Shown one piece after another: positions 53,901 through 63,200 of a DNA stretch of 64,000 nt; within the stretch, counting starts at the first letter, position 1, and each line of letters begins with the position of its first letter. Source of the DNA: Stegostoma tigrinum (taxonomy: Eukaryota). The stretch is taken from positions 64,546,312 through 64,610,311 of the forward strand of contig NC_081363.1 of the NCBI RefSeq assembly GCF_030684315.1, written 5' to 3'. Under the pieces are notes generated by a model. That model was not told where the DNA came from and did no database searches. It saw nothing but the letters and a program-made list of their open reading frames with translations. A program made the translations under genes and the position numbers.

Positions 53901-56900
53901 CACATTGTCACTCAGGAAAACCTTGTAATTTTGCTACTTGAGTTTGTTAATCTCATATTGATTGAATTATGGTAGCTGCGTGCTAAAAAGGGGGTTTCAA
54001 AGAGATGGAAGTTAATTCCTCCTCCTCACTTGTGTGTTACAAAATATACTTTAAAAGGATGACAGGAGATAAAGAATTAAACAGCTTTTTTTAAAAACTG
54101 TGATCCAAAGCTAATGCAACACCAAAAATATTTTTCTAAAGAAATTGTACATATCATTTTAAACTCGGACATTGTCATACAGCATGGAAACAGATTCTTC
54201 GGTCCAACTAGTCCATGCCAACCATGCTCCCAAACCAAACTAATCCCACCTGCCTGCATCTGGCCCATATCCCTGCAAACCTTTCCTGTTCAATTATTTA
54301 TCAAAAGTTTTTTAAACATTGTAACTATACCTGCATCCACCTGGCATTCATTCCATTTACAACACCACTGAGTTAAAAAAATGTTGCCCCAATGTCTAAC
54401 TGTTTAAAATCTTTCTCCTCCCACCTTAAAAATATTTCTTAGTTTTGAACTACTCCAACTTGGGGAAAAGACCTTTGCCATTCACCTTACCTATGCTCCT
54501 CATAATTTTATAAGGTATCGCCTCAACCTCCTCTGCTCTGCTTCAATGAAAGAATATCCAATCTATCTTGATAGCTCGATCCCTCTATTCCTGGAATCAT
54601 CCAGGTAAATCCTTTCTGAACCCTATTGGTTTAATGATATAACAGGGAGACCAGAACAAGACAAGGTACTCAAGAAGAGTCCTATGCAACCTCAACATGA
54701 CTTCCCAACTCCTGTACTCAAAGGTCTGAGCAATGCAGGCAAGTGTATTATCTGCCTTCTTAACCACCTTGTCTACCTGGGACGTGGAGTTATTAATACC
54801 TATCTTAAAACTGAAATAGTTATAGAAGGAAAAAAAAACGCTTTAATTGCACTCCAGCCAGTGTTATTTCATAAAGGTTAAATATTAATCAGATGAATTT
54901 CAATAACATTCTTTAAAGAAACGAGAAAACAGAAAGCTTAAGTTGTTCAAGAATTTGTTAAAGTGAACTTCTGTACATCAAGTCTGAAGTGGGCTGGGCA
55001 TTGCAACATTCCACAATTGGACTGGAAAATCTAACATCTGATGTGATGTAAGCATTACACTTGCAGTGCACTTTGTCATCAGTTACTTGTACCAGTATCA
55101 TTTATTTACAACAGTTGGCCATTTGTAAAACGTTAGACAAGTGGCGCTGGATTGATGTATGCAAATTAGATTTAAAAATGTTACCCAATGCATCTTAACC
55201 ATTTAAAGTAATCATGAAACCTATATTGGAGGCAAGGCTGTAGACAGAAAAAAAAACACATGCAAGAACAGAATGGTATAACCATGCACATTTGTTCTCA
55301 CCATGGCTTAAGTCTACTGATTGCATCCTCAACGTCCTGTCTAATCTCATACGTGGATTCCAGGCGAAAGAGGTTAAAATTTCTTAATAAGTAGTCATGA
55401 AGCGTCAAAAATTGTAAATTCAGTTTAGGTAATGCAAGGCATCCTGGCATAATGAAAAATAAACAGTTGTAAATTATGTCCTACATAGTATTTTCAATAC
55501 AAGGAGGTTGCAAGATTATCCAAAGAAAGAAAACTGCCTACAAGCATTAGCGAGATCATACCCTCTCCAGAGTAATATTCTGTTGGTACAATGTTTTCGT
55601 CCCAGATTATTTTTTCTGTGGGGTAAAGTGGCATTTCATTTAATTGTTGAATTTGTGATGTCCTGCGTTCATGTCGGGACACCTATCAATGTTAAGAAAA
55701 GCAATTTTAAATTATTAACAACTTCTGCCTGTGAGAAAATGCTCTACTGTTATGTTAATTAATGTGTGCTTTCCACTCCAATACCTACCAACATTTCTAA
55801 AAGAAATAGCTTTTCGTAAGAGGTATTATCTGCCTCAGGTAGTGATGGCAAAAGACAAAGATTTGATGCCACTTTATGAAGTGTATTGGCACTGTAAATG
55901 GAAAACAGAACAAATTTAGTAATGTGTGCTTGGCTCTTCATTAGGTTGTCCTTCGAAGTTTTCAGAAGGAAAAAGAAACGGAAAATAGGATGAAGTTTAA
56001 AACATAAAGGTTAATTAAATCTTTACGGACCTGTTAGTTAACTTTGAAAAACTGTGGGACTTCTGCTACCAAATGGAGTGATTGAGGCAAATGTCAGAGA
56101 TTCATGGGGAAGCAAAAGATGTAAAAAGGTATCGGAGGGTATCATTCAGAGTACGAGACAATGTAAGCTAGGAGGAAGCTCACATGGACATTAACATTGA
56201 CAGAAAGTGGCTGGGTCCACTCTATATCTTAAGTGCTTGCGAAGTCAACAACACGCAGAAATAGTACTGGATGAATAAATAAATAAATATTTACCTAAGT
56301 GATCCAAAGTGTTTTACTAAAGATTCTCGTGTATCAACAGCTGCGACATTAGACAGAGCAAAATCATGTAGTTCTGGAAAGTGTGCAAATGCTGCTCTCT
56401 GCAATGGAAATCAGAAAGTCACATTCCAATAATTAATTAAGTGAAAAACAATATTCCTATTCTTGAAACAAATGCTTTGTCTCAAAATGTGCTCCAGTGT
56501 AGACTTGACTAAATTATCATTTCAAAAACAAATATGAGGAAATGTATAATATAATAAACCTATGTTAATACATTAGTATTTTTGGCTAGTTTTACATATG
56601 GTTTTCGGACTCTCCACCCCAACTAGGGCTAAGTGAAACAATGTTACATTGAACATTATAGCACCTAAAGTCGCATTTTTAAAAAAAATCACAATTTTTT
56701 TTATTATTTGAAGCACGTTAGAACTCTGATTCCATCACATCATATTCTAAATAAAAAGGTCCTGAATTTAAACATTTACAATAATGCAAGTTCAGTCTGA
56801 GTATTTGAAATATTTGGTAAAATGGAATGGTGTCAAATTTTTGATTTATGTCTCCTTCATCAACTTATTACTGTATTAAAGGTAAAACATATGTTCCAAA

Positions 56901-57241
56901 TGGCTTCACAGGGATATTATCAAACAAAGTTTGACACTGAGCTACATAAATGGACTGCAGGCAAAAATGAAGTAGGTTTAATGAAGTGTTTTGAAGAGCT
57001 GTTTGAATGGTTTAAGGAGTGAACACAAGAATGTTAGGTATTATTTGCCTGTCAATGCAGGAGTGATTCAGATAGTTCAAGAGGCCAAAATAGAAGGAGT
57101 GCAAGTAAGTCGGAAAGGTACGGGTAGATCCAACAGAGGGGAGAGAGAAAAGAGACAGTGCAAGAGAGAGAGAGAGCGCAAGCGAGAAAGACAAAGAAAG
57201 ACAGAAAGAAAGAAAGACAGAAAGAAAGAAAGACAGAAAGA

Positions 57242-57280
<39 letters not shown>

Positions 57281-60200
57281 ATAGAGACAGAGAGTGTGAG
57301 TGAATGAGTGAGAGTGAGTGAGTGAGTGAGAGAGAGAGAGAGAGAAAAAAACATGGATGAGAGTAACAGGGGTAAATTGAAAGCAGAAAAAGAAAGATAT
57401 CAGTATTTCTGGAGAGAGAAACAGAGTTAACATTTCAACACTGCCTCTCCCACACAGATGTGGCCATTTTGTTATGTCAAGAAAACAGCATTTAATTAAT
57501 TGATTAGAGTGCAGAACTTATTAGAACTAATTACAGAAATCATTAATTGGTGCATTCTCCATGGCAATGCATCTACAAGTCAGAAGCTAATCAGCACTCT
57601 CCTCTCGTGCATTACAAATGTTGGTTTTCTCCTTGAATTGGTATTCTTGCAAATTATCTTGATGACCCCAAGATAAAAATCTCTCTTAAATGTTCAGCAA
57701 CGCTCAGGTTCTGTACTACTGAATAACTAAGAGTATTAATATCTTGGTGTCTTGTGATAAACATAAATGTGAATTTACAGTATCATTTTGTCAACAAATT
57801 CTATCTTGCAATGAAGGCTTTACAAAATAAATTATTATTGTTGGTTACCTGAAGAGAGGTGATCCGATCATAGTGGATTGTAGTCATCTCATTCTCAGTC
57901 AAAGCATTTCCAGTTTGATCATTAATTTCAAAGCCAGTGTAAAACTTCAACATTTCTAACAGCTACAAATAAACAGATAGATATGGATAATTCAAATGTC
58001 TTAAACATTTTAACAAACCCAGAAGTGACTGCTTACAGAATGCAATTTCAATGAGTCAATATGCAATGAAAAATTAATTAGCAGCCAACTCAGTGTCAAG
58101 TGGACCCAAGAAACAAGTTTAAAGGTCTTTAAAGGCATCAAGCTAAAGGCAGTCATATGGCAAACCTGAGATAATCAACACAAAAGTAACACATTTTTCG
58201 AAGGTTGAGCACCTAAACTTCGCCTACCACACTTTTCCCTCTCAAGATTTAAATCGTGGAGTTAATGAACTGCGACTGAACTAAAGCACATGTAATTTGC
58301 ACTTCAATGAATTCCCACCTTAGCTTTCTCTAAGTGGTCATTATTTTGAAATATTTAAGAAAGGAGGACCAAAGGACCTGTTCATGTGCTGTACATTTTC
58401 AATTGTTCATTAGCTACTGAGGACAATAATTGAAGCACTTTTCCCTTTATATTCTGAAATTACAGAATGTTACCCTTCAATTTAACGTGACTAAACTGAT
58501 TATACCGAAAAGGTACATGACACAGGTGAACGCTTAAACCTTAAGAGAAGTTGAGAGCTGACAGCCAAAACAAAGCTTGACCTGCGAATATTAGTTGGTC
58601 AAGAGCTTACAAACATGCAGCATCTACGCCAGAGATGCCTAAGCTTTGGTCTTTGACAGTCATGCAGTTGATCTTGAGCACCATAGACTGAGAGGCCAGG
58701 GGTGGAAGGATTTAAAGTTCACACCACTGCTGTTATGATGCACTGTGGTAATGCACCATAAACTCAGCCACAAATTCTGCTGTGCCTTGAGTTGTACCAA
58801 ATGTTAAACATTATTTTTAAAGGTACAGAGAGTGGTCCAAATTAACAGAATTTCAGACCAAGTTGATAGAAAGCATGGGCCAGGTTTCTGTGCTAAAACA
58901 AGAATTGTTATTTATTGTAAGTAATTATGTCATAGTTATGGGTAAGCAGACATAAATCACTGGCATATAACAATACTAATTAAAACTCTATTCCTCTTAT
59001 TACTCCATCTTATACATACACAGACAAACAATGAAAATAGATTATTAGCAGAGGTAGGAAAAACTGGAAAGGCACTGCAGTAGTCTTTGCTTCTTGCTTC
59101 TGATCATGAAGATGATCTTTCTTCAGCTGACCAAGTTCTTGGTCAGTTTTTGTTTCCGCTGGAAGCTTCTGCTGGTTTGACTGATTCAGTTTTAGAATGT
59201 CTCTGATTCACCGCTTAAAAATCACAAACCACAGCTGCAGGAATGATTTTCTTGAAGTTTTTTTTTACTGCAGAGACCAGGCAGCTTCTGTTGGGGAGAA
59301 TAAATGAACTCACTGGTGTGCCTGCAGCACTGGAACTGGGAGCAAGTTATAATCTGCTCAGCTAGCTAAGAACCAATCAATCAGCTTCATTTGTAAGCAA
59401 GTCCTTGGTTAGTGACCATCGCACATTGCAAACACCAGCAGTCACAAAAACATCAGACGGAAAGATATCATGTTCCTAGCCGTGAAACGATGCAACCACA
59501 GGCCAATTCCTGCCTTATATAAAAAAAATTCTCTCTCACTGCAGTCCACAGTTTCTAGAAATATGATAAAAAAGACAGCGTCCTTACTCTGTGACAGCTA
59601 TATTAATCTCCAGACCCTGTTCCAGATTCACAAGATGGCCAAACCAACCAATGTGCAACACAAGTACAATAGGTATCTGAGGAAGGGTCACTTGATCCAA
59701 AACATTAACTCTGATTTATTTCCACAGATGCTGCCAAACTCGCTTAGCGTTTCCAGCAATTTCCGTTTTTGTTCCTGATTTACAGCATCTGCAGTTCTTC
59801 CAGGTTTTACAATAGGTATCAGTTGCCTGGGTTTTCATGCGATATATGTGACCAATAGACAACTGCACGCATAACTTTGATCTAAGCTCATGCTGAATAA
59901 TGACCAATCAGACAAAGCATCATAAGAGACAAAGTCCTGAAGGGTGGATTAGCAGTTGAAGGTTGGGAAAACAATAAAAAAAAAGCATAAAGCACAGAAT
60001 GAAATGATCTATTCTTTAGCAAGGTATCACAACTCTGCATATCATACTTAAACCACAGGAGGCCAGAAATCCCTCTGCAAATGACAATCTCTATCCAAAA
60101 ATTGAGAAACAGAGCTTAAACTGAACAGTCCCTCCAATATCACAGAGATAATTCTCATTCTGTGGTCATTACAAAATTATCAAACTCTCATCTCTGCAGC

Positions 60201-63200
60201 ATGAATACATTGCATGCCTTTGTTGTTCAGATTTCAGAAGGCCTGATGGAACACTGACAGCAGTTATTCACCTTCTTCTATGAGTAAAAGTGGCACTAAT
60301 TAAGTGCTGCCATCATCTCACCTGGCAAAAAAGTCGACCCTCCTTCTCTCTTTGGACCAGATTAGATAGATAGCAGTGAGTGACTAAATGAGAATCATCC
60401 AGTACAGTGCTGAACCATCGTCGAGTTGGAAGGAGTGCCTTTAAGAAAATACAGATGATATCAATTGAACAACAGGTCTCACTTCCTTTAAACTAACCAG
60501 CAATAAAAAGATTTTGTTTGTAATTGCAATTTTACACATATTTAATCAATTGTTCAAATCAACATCTATTTGTTGGACTTGAAGCAAATGGAGAAGACAA
60601 TTTTGATTTGTGAACTATGAGCTTTTTAAGAATTTTTATACACATCCTCTGACTCTATGGAAATTACTTACCTCCAAGTCTATCATTAGTTCGATAAATC
60701 TTTCACAGTAATGAACCACATCCATGCTGACTGGCCCTACGTGCAAATTTTAAAAAAAGTTAATGCAGTAAGCAAAAAAGTCAAAGAGTTACACCAATTA
60801 CTTCCTTAACGCACACATGCAAACTTATTCCAGAACAAGAATTTTTAAACAGCTAGTTAAATAGCTAAGGAGGCCTTATATAAACTTTTTAGTTGTGGGC
60901 TTGAACTGAATGGAGTGAAGAGGATTAACAATGAAAGAAAAATGACACCTAGTGTAAGATACATTGTTAAAGCCTTTTGGACAAGTTTATTTGCTCAATG
61001 CAAAAGGCAGAGTCATAAAAAGTCTAAACCGTTACAAATATTCACAATAAGAGATGCTACTTTTGAATAAGACAAGGGTTAGATCACAGTTGAGATAACA
61101 CATGCAACTCTGGGCATCTCATTTTAGGAAGGACATTAGAACTATATAAATAATAGTGCAAAAATTCACGATAATGACACCCAAGTGGACAGGGTTGTTA
61201 AGAAAGCATATGGTGTTTTGGCTTTCATTAACAGGGGGATTGAGTTTAGGAGTCGTGAGATCTTGTTGCAGCTCTATATAAAGCTTTGGTTAGACCATAC
61301 TTGGAATACTGCGTCCAGTTCTGGTTGCCGTATTATAGGAAAGATGTGGATGCTTTGGAGAGGGTTCAGAGGAGGTTTACCAGGATGCTGCCTGGACTGG
61401 AGGGCTTATCTTATGAAGAGAGGTTGACTGAGCTTGGTCTCTTTTCATTGGAGAAAAGGAGGAGGAGAGGGGACCTAATTGAGGTATACAAGATAATGAG
61501 AGGCATAGATAGAGTTGATAGCCAGAGACTATTCCCCAGGGCAGAAATAGCTAGCACGAGGGGTCATAGTTTTAAGCTGGTTGGTGGAAAGTATAGAGGG
61601 GATGTCAGAGGCGGGTTCTTCTCACAGAGAGTTGTGAGAGCATGGAATGCGTTGCCAGCAGCAGTTGTGGAAGCAAGGTCATTGGGGTCATTTAAGAGAC
61701 TGCTGGACTTGCATATGGTCACAGAAATTTGAGGGTGCACACATGAGGATCAATGGTCGACACAACATTGTGGGCTGAAGGGCCTGTTCTGTGCTGTACT
61801 GTTCTATGTTCTATGTTCTAAAACAGAGAGACTCCAGTCAGGAAAGAAACTTGAAAAAGGGATGTTTATAATAAAACCATAGTCACCAAGGTTTCAAAAT
61901 TATGAAAGACTGTGAAGCAGTAAATAGTGAGATTATTCCCATTTGTTGCCCATTGAGGCAATCAGCAGCCAAGCATCCCTGCTGGAAAAAAAATTAGACT
62001 GGTTCCTGTAGTCAAGGCACAATATCATTACGAGCAGAATATAATGATCCCAATGGTGCAGACACATCCTGGCACAGGAGGCAGTAATTGCCAGTATGTG
62101 TCACTGGCCATGTTTGTGTATGCAAGCATGTTAGTAGTCTTTTTAAAGTCAACTTTGCATTCAAGTTCTTCTTAGGGGTTTGTTAGACCACTGTAAGTCT
62201 TACTATAAGAGCACACTGAGACAAATTTAAAGCATGTTAAAAGGGTGAATATAAAAGGTATGTAAAAGAGGCAGGGGAAAAAAGGAACTATCACAGATGC
62301 AGTTATAAACTCTCAATGGCGCAGACAAAAGGTAACATTCTAAGATTTCTAACATTACTAGAGGAACATTCAACTTCAGAATTCAAAGTTGATAGTTACA
62401 GAATAATATGTTTGATTCTTTAAATTCAATAATTGCGTATTTCAAGTTGGAATGGATTAGATTATTAAAATTAAAATTTCATCCTGTTCTAGAGACTAAA
62501 ATTTCACATTACCTAAAGCCTACAGCACTGTAGCACACTCTAAATGGTTTAAAAAAAAGGATGACATAACCTCAAGTGCTTGAAACGATAATCACCGTAT
62601 GCCATTTCAACTCTGTTTCACCTGATAAGACTGGTATGTCAGTCTAAAAAATAATTGCTACTTCAATCAGAAGTTGGACTGCAGAGTAAAACTATTATTA
62701 GATTTAGCTCAACAATTCCAATGTAAACCAGTTCTGTATTGAATTTTACTATTCTGTATCAAAATTTAAAGATGGTTTATTCAAGATAGAATTAACACAG
62801 TTAATTTGACAGAAGAGTTAATAATTACGAAAGTAAGTCACAGCAGTGAGAGATCTATCCAAAATGTTGTGAAACACTTAGTGGTCTACATTTCTAATGT
62901 ACATTACTTTCTAAATTATAGTTTAGAATAAAGAGAGGGCTGAATATCCCAAATCAATCTCAGTACGTCAAATACATGACTCAGCAATGGGAAATATGTA
63001 AAATGGGAACAATTTCAGATTATTATATTGTCTCAAATTTCATTTGTAAAACATTACTAATAGGTTTTGGCAGTGATTTTAATGAGATCTCGTGGTACAT
63101 TGGTAGCATTCAAGACGAAAAGCTCCAGGTCCAAATCCCAATCAAGACTTGCTGGCCACTGAAGGCATGTTTGTGGCATAGTTCAATGAGCTGATAATCT

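Noticed and set aside
56991-57433. Low-complexity ORFs across microsatellites (also 47695-48085, 48695-49056)
   Set aside because: Artefacts of stop-free tandem repeats.
61286-61732. Longest clean plus-strand ORFs, e.g. this 148-aa one, as host genes
   Set aside because: They are CR1 ORF2 C-terminal fragments.
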